From Patescibacteria group bacterium (GTDB lineage: Bacteria; Patescibacteriota; UBA1384; XYA2-FULL-43-10; 1-14-0-10-43-13), in assembly GCA_041666325.1 (NCBI GenBank), contig JBAYHC010000001.1:393708-457707 (forward strand): a stretch of DNA of 64,000 nucleotides. The letters are read 5' to 3'. This document shows positions 38,056 to 46,615 of the stretch, in pieces. A model generated the notes under the pieces. That model was not told where the DNA came from. It searched no databases and worked only from the letters and a program-made list of their open reading frames with translations. The stretch's first letter is position 1. Every line of letters starts with the position of its first letter. Made by a program: the position numbers and the translations under genes.

Positions 38056-39990
38056 TTAATTATCATCGCTCGATTCCGGCGCGTCGGTGGGAGCATCGGC
38101 GGCCGAATCTTCACCGCCAGTTGAATCGGAATCAGGAACTTCGCCACCGGGATTCTCCTCTTCGAACTGGGCACTGGCGGCCGAACTTTCTGCTTCCTTT
38201 GTTTCGTTGCCCGATGACATCGCGTCGTTTCCTTCTAATACTGATGACGAATCGCTTGACTCCGGATCTGTCGCCCCACTTTCATCAGCAACGGTCTCGG
38301 CACTAAGCTCATCTTCTTCTTGATCATAAATCTCAAATAAGTCCACCAAATCGGTATCGCCTTCATTAGCTGACTGGCCATCTGTCGACTCAGCGTCAGT
38401 CTGAAACGATAAATCTTCCATCAACTCGTTCATCTCATCAATTTGGGCTTGACCCAATTCGGCAAGCTCCAGTTTTAGATCAAGTGCATTTTCCTTCTCG
38501 AGCTCTACCAGAAAAGCGGAAAATCCGTCTAAAACCTCTTTAAAACCGTTAAGAATATCAAGGTTTAAGAGCGCCATCTGCGTTGAATCGCCAGCCTCAA
38601 ACGAGTCGGACAGCACAGTCTTTAGGGCGGTTTTATCCGTTACCATTTTGGAATTCTCGACCAAAGTGCTGACAACTTCTTTATTGACCGCTTCGCTTTT
38701 CCCCTTTATTTCAGCCGCGGTCGAGGCGGTCGCGATCAAATTGACAACCTTCATCTCAGTTAGCCCCGAGGTCAGTGCCAGGGTCGAGAGCTTTTCTCCC
38801 TGCTCTTTGTCGGACTTATTCAATTTGCTTAAGTTTTTGGTGATATCGATTTGAGCATCTTTGTAATCGGATAACGATTCGTCAAGACACTCCTTGTCCT
38901 TGGCCAGTTCGTCCTTACTCTCCTTCATCACCTGAACCTTCTGGGCCGCCTGCTTAATCTTTTTTGTGGTTTTCTTTTCCTTGTTGAAGGTAAGGCCGGC
39001 TGAAATATTGTCCTTAAAATCCTTCAGGCCAGAGAGTGTTGAACAGGGCTTAACCTCCAAACCGAGCAATTTTGATTTGTCGCCCAGCCCCAACTTTTTT
39101 ACATCATCCTGGAATTCATCAATCACCGCCTGGTGGCCACTTGCCAGCAGGGCGGACGAATCTGGCAGCGCGGCAATCGATAAACTTTGAGTCAAGACAT
39201 TGTTTGATTCATTCCCCTCAGCGATTCGGTTCTCTTGATCGATAGTTATAATCAAATCCTTGGCGGTTTTGCGGTTATCAACCGTAATCAGCCGCTCTTT
39301 TGTTAGTACTCCCGCCGGTCCGATATTTTCAAAGAAGGAGTAACTAAAATCACTGCCAAAGTAGCTCTCCGAGCCATCTTCATACTTAACTTTAATATTG
39401 TGGTTTGGCTCGGAAATCGAGTTACCGCCGACGTAGCCGACCAAACCGCCGTTAACTATTTTATAATAAACAACGTACTGATCCGCCCAGGAGTAGGGGG
39501 AGGTGTCCTGCTTTTTGGCGTAAGCCCCCGTGGCATAAAGATCGGGCGAGGGCGCGTCGAATAATTTTGTATTATTAGCCCGATTAGAATCGTTGTCTGC
39601 TCTTAATTCAACCTTTACCTTGGCCATCTCGCGATGGCGAAAACGGACTCCCTTTGAGATCGGCGACCAATAAGTTTGATTGGCGCCGATGGTAATATCC
39701 GTAAAAACATCCTGGTAGTAAACCGACATGCCGTAGTCAAGCGCGCCAACGCTCTCATGCAACCGCCCGCCGCTGGCGCTAACCGGCTCGACGATCAGAT
39801 AAATCCGGCCGGTAAAGTTAGTCGGACTGACATTTTTAATCAGAACCTTATTGGGATGGCCGGTTGCCGTATCGTAATCGACATCCATCACTTCGAGATC
39901 AAAAGCCGGAGTGCTCGTTTCCGCCCGAACCAAAACAGGCGAAAACAATAGGGTTAACAACATCAAGAGCGCAAGTGTTTTTTGTTTCAT
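38056..39990 (-). CDS. Secreted protein with CARDB/Ig-like domains, helical region and acidic tail
   Basis: Signal peptide; DSNRANN, PDL, IDQENRIAEGNESNN. Confidence 0.7.
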   Translation of the reverse strand: MKQKTLALLMLLTLLFSPVLVRAETSTPAFDLEVMDVDYDTATGHPNKVLIKNVSPTNFTGRIYLIVEPVSASGGRLHESVGALDYGMSVYYQDVFTDITIGANQTYWSPISKGVRFRHREMAKVKVELRADNDSNRANNTKLFDAPSPDLYATGAYAKKQDTSPYSWADQYVVYYKIVNGGLVGYVGGNSISEPNHNIKVKYEDGSESYFGSDFSYSFFENIGPAGVLTKERLITVDNRKTAKDLIITIDQENRIAEGNESNNVLTQSLSIAALPDSSALLASGHQAVIDEFQDDVKKLGLGDKSKLLGLEVKPCSTLSGLKDFKDNISAGLTFNKEKKTTKKIKQAAQKVQVMKESKDELAKDKECLDESLSDYKDAQIDITKNLSKLNKSDKEQGEKLSTLALTSGLTEMKVVNLIATASTAAEIKGKSEAVNKEVVSTLVENSKMVTDKTALKTVLSDSFEAGDSTQMALLNLDILNGFKEVLDGFSAFLVELEKENALDLKLELAELGQAQIDEMNELMEDLSFQTDAESTDGQSANEGDTDLVDLFEIYDQEEDELSAETVADESGATDPESSDSSSVLEGNDAMSSGNETKEAESSAASAQFEEENPGGEVPDSDSTGGEDSAADAPTDAPESSDDN

Positions 39991-40001
39991 TGGGTTCTCC
40001 T

Positions 40002-40949
40002 TTATTCACCAGTGTCGTATATGACACTGTCGTTGCTGATTGAAGCGTCCGTCGAAACAGAGTCGTCATAATCAATCGAAGATGAATTATCTGTCGAGGT
40101 GTCATTAGCCGCAGAAGAGTCAGACGATATCGAAGTTGACGGAGCCACCACCGATGCCGCTGAGCTGGCGGCATCATTTATGAGAACATTATAAGGACTA
40201 CCCTCTTTGACCGGAGATGGTGTCGAGATAGATAGTTTAGCATAATCATAAGTTCCCTCCGAAACCGAACCGTCCTTCATCTCAGTTCTGGTTTTTCGAA
40301 GCTGGTAATCTTTGTTGTCAAAATAGATGAATTCGGTGTAATCGGTATTGGCCGGATCAACTACTTTGTATTTAAAACAGGTTAATTTAGCACACGCTTC
40401 GGTGCCGATCTTTTGATAGGTCGTCTTGTCAGCAGTGTCGTCAACCTTGGTATCAAAATCAACCTGTGACTCTGTCTCTGCCGCTACATTCGTATCGGTT
40501 GGTTTCGGCGTATACTTAAACCACTTATTGTCACTGTAATCTTTGGTATAAGTAGTCGTGCCGATGGAGATGGTCTGATAACTTTCTTTGCCGTTTTCAG
40601 ACATGATAATTTGGCTGTTTTCTTTGCCTTCCATTTTGAAAACCGAAGCCGTCGTTTTGCCATCAGCAGCCGTGTCGGAGGAGTTCATTGTAAAGTATTT
40701 AACTTCTTTCCAGCCATTGATGAATTTGCACAGATCGGGATCGTTGTATCTGCAATTTGGATTCAAGCTCTTTGACACAACGGTAGATAATATCCCCCCT
40801 CCGCCTGAGCCATCGCTTGATTTACTGGCAAAAACAAAATAGCCGACAGCAGCAACCAGCAAGACAATAACAATAACGAGCATGAGCCACTTCTTGCCCT
40901 TCGGTTTAGTTTCCTTCGTGGGCAATGTTCTTTCTTCTTCTCCCTCCAT
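40002..40949 (-). CDS. Membrane-anchored hypothetical protein (possibly LolA/LppX-like beta fold)
   Basis: TM anchor; IGTTTYTKD..KW, IGTEAC..CFKY, IYFD..QLRK; acidic Ser-rich tail. Confidence 0.6.
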   Translation of the reverse strand: MEGEEERTLPTKETKPKGKKWLMLVIVIVLLVAAVGYFVFASKSSDGSGGGGILSTVVSKSLNPNCRYNDPDLCKFINGWKEVKYFTMNSSDTAADGKTTASVFKMEGKENSQIIMSENGKESYQTISIGTTTYTKDYSDNKWFKYTPKPTDTNVAAETESQVDFDTKVDDTADKTTYQKIGTEACAKLTCFKYKVVDPANTDYTEFIYFDNKDYQLRKTRTEMKDGSVSEGTYDYAKLSISTPSPVKEGSPYNVLINDAASSAASVVAPSTSISSDSSAANDTSTDNSSSIDYDDSVSTDASISNDSVIYDTGE

Positions 40950-40988
40950 ATGCAACTCCTTAATCTATTTCTTCTTTATATTATAAGA

Positions 40989-42071
40989 TTATTTTGCCGC
41001 TGGCGCTACCTTGTAGTACAGTTGCCACTCAGTGCCAACTTTGACTGGAGTGGGATCACAATAGATTTCTCCTGTGTTCTCTGCCAGCCGAACACCACTG
41101 TCATTAATAAAATTGAGTCCGTCCGTAGTGGTGGCACTGGCGATACCGGCTTTGCAAAAGAACTGACGGTATGTTCCACCCCCAACATCAACAGTTTTCG
41201 AAATTGCTCCATCTGTGCGAATAGTTTTTTCCAGATTGAAAGTCTGGCCATCGGATGAGGAAAAAGCGATCTGCTTGCTTCCCTTGGCTAGGTACATGAA
41301 CCATTTACCACCAATTTTGACGACATCGGGATCAGTCAAAATCTCCGTTGTCTCGTAGCGAGAACCACTCTCCAGAGTAAAGTTCAAGCCATCAGTTGAG
41401 ATAGCCGTTTTTATTTTGTTGAGCTCGTTCGTTGGGATAGGAACACCATTGGCATCGAGCGGGGGCTTCTTGGCCGGAAAGGCGACAAAGAAAAGGCGGA
41501 TTTGACCATCATCCAAGAGAACCGCTTGCGGATCGGCTGGCACAAAGACTTCGCCGTTGGTCGGAATCGAGACCGAGCCCTGTTTCCAGGTCTTACCATT
41601 ATCTTTGGAGACCGAGACCATCAAGCCCTGGGTGCTGCGCTTGGCCCCATCAACTGCATAGAGAAACAATGTCCCATCCGCCATTCTAACAACATCAGGC
41701 ACAGAGGACTTGTCGGCAACTAACTCTTTGCCGCTAAAAGTTAAACCGTCGGTTGACGTAGCTTTGTAAACCTTGTGATAATACGGCCCGTTCTTGTCGC
41801 CGTAAGGATCCCCGGCCACCTCGGAGGCTTGATCAAAAGAAAGAGTCTCATATGTCCGAAGCCCTGCCTTTGTGACCGTCTCAGTTGGAGTTGCCTCAGT
41901 TCCCACATCGGTGATACCGGTATCATCTTTTGGCTGTCTTAACAAAACAATAATTGCCCCAATGGCTATAACAACAGCTACAGCAACTAGAGCAATTATG
42001 AATTTGGAGCCAGGCTTAGACACAGCTGGATTTTGATCGCTCGCATATTCAGAGTTCTCATCGTTGACCAT
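40989..42071 (-). CDS. Membrane-anchored beta-propeller protein, paralog of 19855..20901
   Basis: Repeated STDGLxF blades, VPDVV, ADPQAV, TDPDVV, CDPTPV. Confidence 0.7.
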   Translation of the reverse strand: MVNDENSEYASDQNPAVSKPGSKFIIALVAVAVVIAIGAIIVLLRQPKDDTGITDVGTEATPTETVTKAGLRTYETLSFDQASEVAGDPYGDKNGPYYHKVYKATSTDGLTFSGKELVADKSSVPDVVRMADGTLFLYAVDGAKRSTQGLMVSVSKDNGKTWKQGSVSIPTNGEVFVPADPQAVLLDDGQIRLFFVAFPAKKPPLDANGVPIPTNELNKIKTAISTDGLNFTLESGSRYETTEILTDPDVVKIGGKWFMYLAKGSKQIAFSSSDGQTFNLEKTIRTDGAISKTVDVGGGTYRQFFCKAGIASATTTDGLNFINDSGVRLAENTGEIYCDPTPVKVGTEWQLYYKVAPAAK

Positions 42072-42193
42072 CTTCCCTCACTTTTTACTAATACTTTTTT
42101 CAGTATATGCTAAAATCCGCCGCTCAAGTAGTGCTCACACTAAAAGGATATATTTCGCTATCATTTTGTCGACCAAACCAACAAGCTCCGTTA

Positions 42194-42345
42194 CCGTGAT
42201 TCCGAAAACCCATGCTCAATTTGTCATCCTGAACGGAGTGAAGGATCTAGAGCTTGTGGCTTGAGCTCGTCTGGAAAAAATACACGCTTCGCTAGATTCT
42301 TCGTTACACTCAGAATGACATAGTAGGAGGTTTTCGGAATCACGG
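42194..42345. mobile_element. Putative 152-bp MITE
   Basis: Perfect 17-bp terminal inverted repeats ccgtgattccgaaaacc / ggttttcggaatcacgg; internal tgtcatcctga...tcagaatgaca palindrome; flanks ccgtta / ccgttg. Confidence 0.6.
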
Positions 42346-42433
42346 CCGTTGCTATTGACAATTATTGAATTACATGTTACTGTAGACACTATCTAGCCAC
42401 TGGTGGCAGACAAGGAAAGGAAGGGGCAGAACA

Positions 42434-42823
42434 TTGGATAGGATCGCCAGAGTATTCTTCAATCCGACAGAGGACGGCCTCAACCAGGTGGAGGAGGGCC
42501 GCTTCTATGTGATCCCAATCCACGACCAAGCTGAGGCCATCGGACTACTTGTGTACCTCAAGCCACAGACGGACGGCACCTGGGGTCACATCACCGACCT
42601 CGAGGCGAGCATCACCGACCTGAACGCCAAGGGGTGCGTAACGGAGATGCAGTTCTACGAGAACATGTTCACCGTTCACGCACTGATCCAGGGCGTCCAA
42701 CCCGATGCCCAGGTGTTTCCCGTCACCAACGGAGACCGTTGGATCACGCTGGAGCAGGCGTTCGCCGCACTGAACGGTGTCGTGGCCTGTCGGGTCAGCG
42801 GCCGTCGTGGTTGCTGCCACTGA
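42434..42823 (+). CDS. Hypothetical protein, GC-rich, with its own promoter and terminator
   Basis: TTGACA-17-TACTGT, purine-rich RBS, TTG start, strong G/C third-position bias. Confidence 0.65.
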   Translation: MDRIARVFFNPTEDGLNQVEEGRFYVIPIHDQAEAIGLLVYLKPQTDGTWGHITDLEASITDLNAKGCVTEMQFYENMFTVHALIQGVQPDAQVFPVTNGDRWITLEQAFAALNGVVACRVSGRRGCCH

Positions 42824-42851
42824 CGTGCACCGCACCAGCGACCGCGCTTTG

Positions 42852-42882
42852 GGCGGGTCCCTACGGGGACCCGCCTTCTTTT
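42852..42882 (+). terminator. Rho-independent terminator
   Basis: ggcgggtccc-tacg-gggacccgcc-ttctttt. Confidence 0.85.
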
Positions 42883-43107
42883 ATAGTCTTATGTCCGCGC
42901 AAGTTCGCCAATGACCTTCTGCAGCAACATTGCTTTCGGCCAGATAGATACTCTTCTTACCGGTACCGCACCCAAGATCAAGGGCGGTTTTGCCCTTGAT
43001 TGTGCCACCATCAACGAGATGCCGAGACCAATCAGCTTGCGTCCGCTGCCAGGGAATCTGATCCAACGGCACGGTTGAATAATATTTTCCCAATAGTTAC
43101 CACTCAT
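42881..43107 (-). pseudogene. Frameshifted, truncated class I SAM-dependent methyltransferase
   Basis: MSGNYWEN shifts into YYSTVPLDQIPW...ALDLGCGTGKKSIYLA and ends soon after motif I. Confidence 0.75.
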
Positions 43108-43254
43108 CAAAACACCTTTCCACACTTATGCCCAAAGAGCTTCCATCCTCTCCCCTTGCCATCCTCAGGCTTGATCCGAGGATCTAAAGGACTACCAAGG
43201 ATTTACGATAAGATGTGGGCACATTCCGAGCACTCGCTACGTCTCTAATTGCCA

Positions 43255-43953
43255 TTAGTTATTTATGACATCATATTTGACATTCAAGTATGAATGTTTT
43301 AACTCCGCGCACTCTGTTAGCCTTAACGGTCTGATCTTCGTCAAATCTGCTTCTGCTCGTAGTGAATCACCATCAACCAATGTTGCTGTATTCTTTCCGC
43401 CCACCAGAGCAGGTGCAACAACAATGGAAAGGTGGTCAACCAGCCCGGCACGGATTAATGTGGCATTCATTGTTCCACCGGATTGGATCGTCATTCGCTC
43501 AAAGCTAAATTCGTCTTTTAATCTCTTGAAAAGATCGCCAAAATCGATTTCACTTTCATAGGACAAAATGGTTACATTGCCAAGCTCTTCCTGGATCGCA
43601 ACTGCAGGATGGTTTTTGTCTGTAGTAACAAGAAAAAGTTTCTCTGTCCATTTCGACAAATATCTAATACCGCCATCCTTCAAGTGCGGCTCGTTATCAA
43701 CAATGACGAAGCTACAAGGGATCTTGTTGGGACTCTCTGTCCGATCGTTAAGCCCAATCTTGGCCATGACACGCCCAGTATTAAATGACAAATTATCTGT
43801 CTGTTTCTCAAGATCATAGTACTGTTGCAAGCCCTCACTAACTCCAGCAATAGTTGGAAAATCCTTATCCACATCCCGGTTGTCAGCGTCGCCAGTCGAA
43901 ATCTTTCCATCTACCGACATCAACATAAACAACGTCGTCTCGACTCTATTCAT
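43255..43953 (-). CDS. RibD C-terminal (reductase/DHFR-like) domain protein
   Basis: MSVDGKIS, IQSGGTMN, LVDHLSIVVAPALVGG. Confidence 0.85.
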   Translation of the reverse strand: MNRVETTLFMLMSVDGKISTGDADNRDVDKDFPTIAGVSEGLQQYYDLEKQTDNLSFNTGRVMAKIGLNDRTESPNKIPCSFVIVDNEPHLKDGGIRYLSKWTEKLFLVTTDKNHPAVAIQEELGNVTILSYESEIDFGDLFKRLKDEFSFERMTIQSGGTMNATLIRAGLVDHLSIVVAPALVGGKNTATLVDGDSLRAEADLTKIRPLRLTECAELKHSYLNVKYDVINN

Positions 43954-43968
43954 AATAGTTCCTTTAGC

Positions 43969-44439
43969 TTATTTTATTTCAACTTCATCAATCCCGCCGA
44001 ATTCTTTGACGGGGATGGATTTGATTTGCTTTTTCTTCTCGGGATCAATCTGCGGATAGGTCATATCGAACTCACCACAAACAGATTCACAATCGTCCTC
44101 AACAAGAACATCTGGCATGACTCTCCCTGCTACATCAGCATAGCTTTCGTCACCCTCTCTATAATATATCTCTCCATCAGGAAAATCATACTTTTTAAGC
44201 ACTTGCCGTATCGACTCGATCTGCTCTGGTTTACGACGAGAAGTTAAATAGCCGATTTGATGGCCGGCCAACTGCCACTGCCTAATCTTCTCTACCGCCC
44301 TGCCTATCGGAACGTATGATGAATAATCACCAACGGACTCGTCCTCGTCGCGAATCTGCTGGACAATTTCTTCCCGGTTATGCCCAGCCGCATTCTTGTG
44401 CATTAATATAGTTCCTTCGGTAAAAATAAGTATTTTCAT
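43969..44439 (-). CDS. HAD-like protein (degenerate motif I)
   Basis: FTEGT in place of DxDGT, YLTSR, VLVEDD. Confidence 0.6.
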   Translation of the reverse strand: MKILIFTEGTILMHKNAAGHNREEIVQQIRDEDESVGDYSSYVPIGRAVEKIRQWQLAGHQIGYLTSRRKPEQIESIRQVLKKYDFPDGEIYYREGDESYADVAGRVMPDVLVEDDCESVCGEFDMTYPQIDPEKKKQIKSIPVKEFGGIDEVEIK

Positions 44440-44471
44440 AGGTAAATTTAAGAAAGAAAAGAAATGTAAAA

Positions 44472-45050
44472 TTAATTCCTTACTGCAAAACCAAACTGTT
44501 TTAAATCTTCAAGTACATTTTGCAAGGGCAGACCCATAATGGTGTAAAAATCACCCTCAATGTGGTCAATCAAACTTTTGCCGATGCCCTGAATTGCATA
44601 AGCACCGGCTTTGTCTATCGGCTCACCGGTCTCAATATAATCATCAATCTCTTGACTGGAAAGGTGTTTAAAGAAGACCCTTGCTTCCACCGACTTTGAA
44701 ACGCTTTTACCGGAATCGGTATCAATAATACTGTAGCCAGTCCAAACCGAATGCTGTTGGCCTCTTAGTTCTGTTAGCATTTCTTTTGCCCATTCAGCAG
44801 TGTGGGGCTTGCCTAATATTTTATTATTAAAAGAAATAATGGTGTCTGATCCAATTACAACAGCGTCCCTATGCTTATCCGCCACAGCCTTAGCCTTGCC
44901 CAAAGACAACTGCTTGACCAAATCCGCCGGAGTCAGATCAAGCGACATATCTTCCTCGAAATCGCTCGCCTCTGTCACAAAATCAAGGCCGGATTTTTCT
45001 AAGATTTCTTTGCGCCTTGGCGATGTCGAAGCGAGAATAAGTGTTTTCAT
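44472..45050 (-). CDS. maf: Maf-family nucleoside triphosphate pyrophosphatase
   Basis: LILASTSPRRKEIL, IGSDT, LGKP, DKAGAYAIQG, IMGLP. Confidence 0.92.
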   Translation of the reverse strand: MKTLILASTSPRRKEILEKSGLDFVTEASDFEEDMSLDLTPADLVKQLSLGKAKAVADKHRDAVVIGSDTIISFNNKILGKPHTAEWAKEMLTELRGQQHSVWTGYSIIDTDSGKSVSKSVEARVFFKHLSSQEIDDYIETGEPIDKAGAYAIQGIGKSLIDHIEGDFYTIMGLPLQNVLEDLKQFGFAVRN

Positions 45051-45094
45051 CTCAGTCCTTGATTAATCATAACCATTTTACTTTTATTAGAATC

Positions 45095-45145
45095 GGGCAT
45101 TTATACCAAAATATACTGTTGCCTATTTAGCATCAATCAAGCGCT
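45095..45145 (-). repeat. Duplicated promoter plus start codon, copy 2
   Basis: 47/51 identical to 46379..46429; TTGATG-17-TATTTT-7-ATG opens only a 10-codon ORF. Confidence 0.75.
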
Positions 45146-45279
45146 CATTTGAGATACTCGCCAAAACGAATCTTGTCCTTTACCCGAGACACACTGCGAC
45201 TAAGTGCCTCGATCCTAAAATATTATCAGTTATGCAGTTTTTCAGTCCGGCGTTTCTTTGCCGCCGCAAAACCTCCGTT

Positions 45280-46038
45280 TTATCGCTGACGCTGCTCATC
45301 GTTTGCAATCTGTCTCCTTAACCGGTCGATTCGCTCCGCTTCGTCCTCCTGGTGCGCTCCCTCAACTGAGACCTCTGCCTGCGAATGGCTCAATGGCTCC
45401 AATGAAGCGATTAAATCAGTATCTTTGCCTTCCGGAGCCATTGAGGCGATTGGTTCCAAGCCAGTTCCGCCAGGATCGAGTGCCGCTTCTAATTCAGCAG
45501 TCCTCTCTCTGCCCAAAAACCTTGCCGCCAACGTATCGATTGTTGTCTTGCGCATCTCAGTGATGTAAGACTCTCTAGGAAAAGAGCATAGGGCATCAAG
45601 AATTTTATCTCCATGTTGTTCTGTGCTCTGCTGAGCCTCATCTGGTGGAGCATCAAGAAAAGAACATGACCCAGCGATAAGTTTAGTACGAACTGCCCCA
45701 CGACTATACACAGAGACCAGCGCAGATGGACGCCAAAGGTTAGAGTCGGTTTTGGGAGCCTCGGCCTTTATTTCCAAACTAATAGTGGGCTTTCCACTAA
45801 AAGACAAGTGAATGTCGATAGTACCGTTACTATACTTACTGTTAATCTCTTGCCGATAAGCAGACACAAAATCGCTGATCGTATTTAACATACCAAAGTA
45901 GGCAGTACTCAATCTTCGCTTATATTCCTCGGAGGTCTCGTTTTCACTAGTTTGCCCGACAGTTTCACTATCTTTTGCGCCAGTCTTGGTTGCAGATTCA
46001 GGTTCCGCGTGACCATAGCCCCATCCGCCAAAAATCAT
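45280..46038 (-). CDS. Hypothetical protein
   Basis: 252-aa ORF with GAGGG RBS just downstream of the ASCH gene. Confidence 0.65.
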   Translation of the reverse strand: MIFGGWGYGHAEPESATKTGAKDSETVGQTSENETSEEYKRRLSTAYFGMLNTISDFVSAYRQEINSKYSNGTIDIHLSFSGKPTISLEIKAEAPKTDSNLWRPSALVSVYSRGAVRTKLIAGSCSFLDAPPDEAQQSTEQHGDKILDALCSFPRESYITEMRKTTIDTLAARFLGRERTAELEAALDPGGTGLEPIASMAPEGKDTDLIASLEPLSHSQAEVSVEGAHQEDEAERIDRLRRQIANDEQRQR

Positions 46039-46054
46039 TTTCCCTCTTCTCTTT

Positions 46055-46384
46055 TCATTTATGCACGGTAAACCTAATAATTTTTATAGGCGTATTTTGA
46101 TCGACGGGTTTGCCATAATAACCTGAATAGGTCTCATACATCTCCTCGTCCGAAGCGTAATCTTCATGACCAAATTTATCTTCAGAGGCCAACCGACCAA
46201 ACGTCTTTGCGGCAACTGTTGCAATGACAGCCCGGGCAAATGGCTTCGCCTGGCCTGACTCAAGAAATACAAGCTCATCGCCCTCCCTCAAGTCTTTGTC
46301 GTCCCACAGCCGCCAGGTAGCTGTTTTTTCGCCGGACAGAATAAGTGGGACTAATTTTGATGCAAACTTTATATATTTGGGCAT
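46055..46384 (-). CDS. ASCH domain protein
   Basis: ILSGEKTATWR, GDELVF, IIRF. Confidence 0.85.
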   Translation of the reverse strand: MPKYIKFASKLVPLILSGEKTATWRLWDDKDLREGDELVFLESGQAKPFARAVIATVAAKTFGRLASEDKFGHEDYASDEEMYETYSGYYGKPVDQNTPIKIIRFTVHK

Positions 46385-46429
46385 TTATACCAAAATATAC
46401 TGTCGCCGATTTAGCGTCAAACAAGCGCT
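46379..46429 (-). promoter_or_regulatory. Leaderless promoter of the ASCH gene, copy 1
   Basis: TTGACG-17-TATTTT-7-ATG(46384). Confidence 0.6.
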
Positions 46430-46615
46430 GAAGATATACTGCCTACTTTCAAATAAATAGTGATGGCGGTTGCTCGTCCCAAACCCCAGCGGCCGATCAC
46501 CCAGGCATGGAGACGCGAACAAAAAACTACTAGCAAATTATTTACTGTATTGCTTTTTTGGTGGTAAGAATTTAGAATATATATAATCAATAAATTGGTC
46601 TCCAAGGAGGGGAAT

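Noticed and set aside
17873-46384. Integron-like cassette array (many short co-oriented accessory genes)
   Set aside because: No integrase and no consistent attC (RYYYAAC...GTTRRRY) structure seen; many genes have their own promoters.
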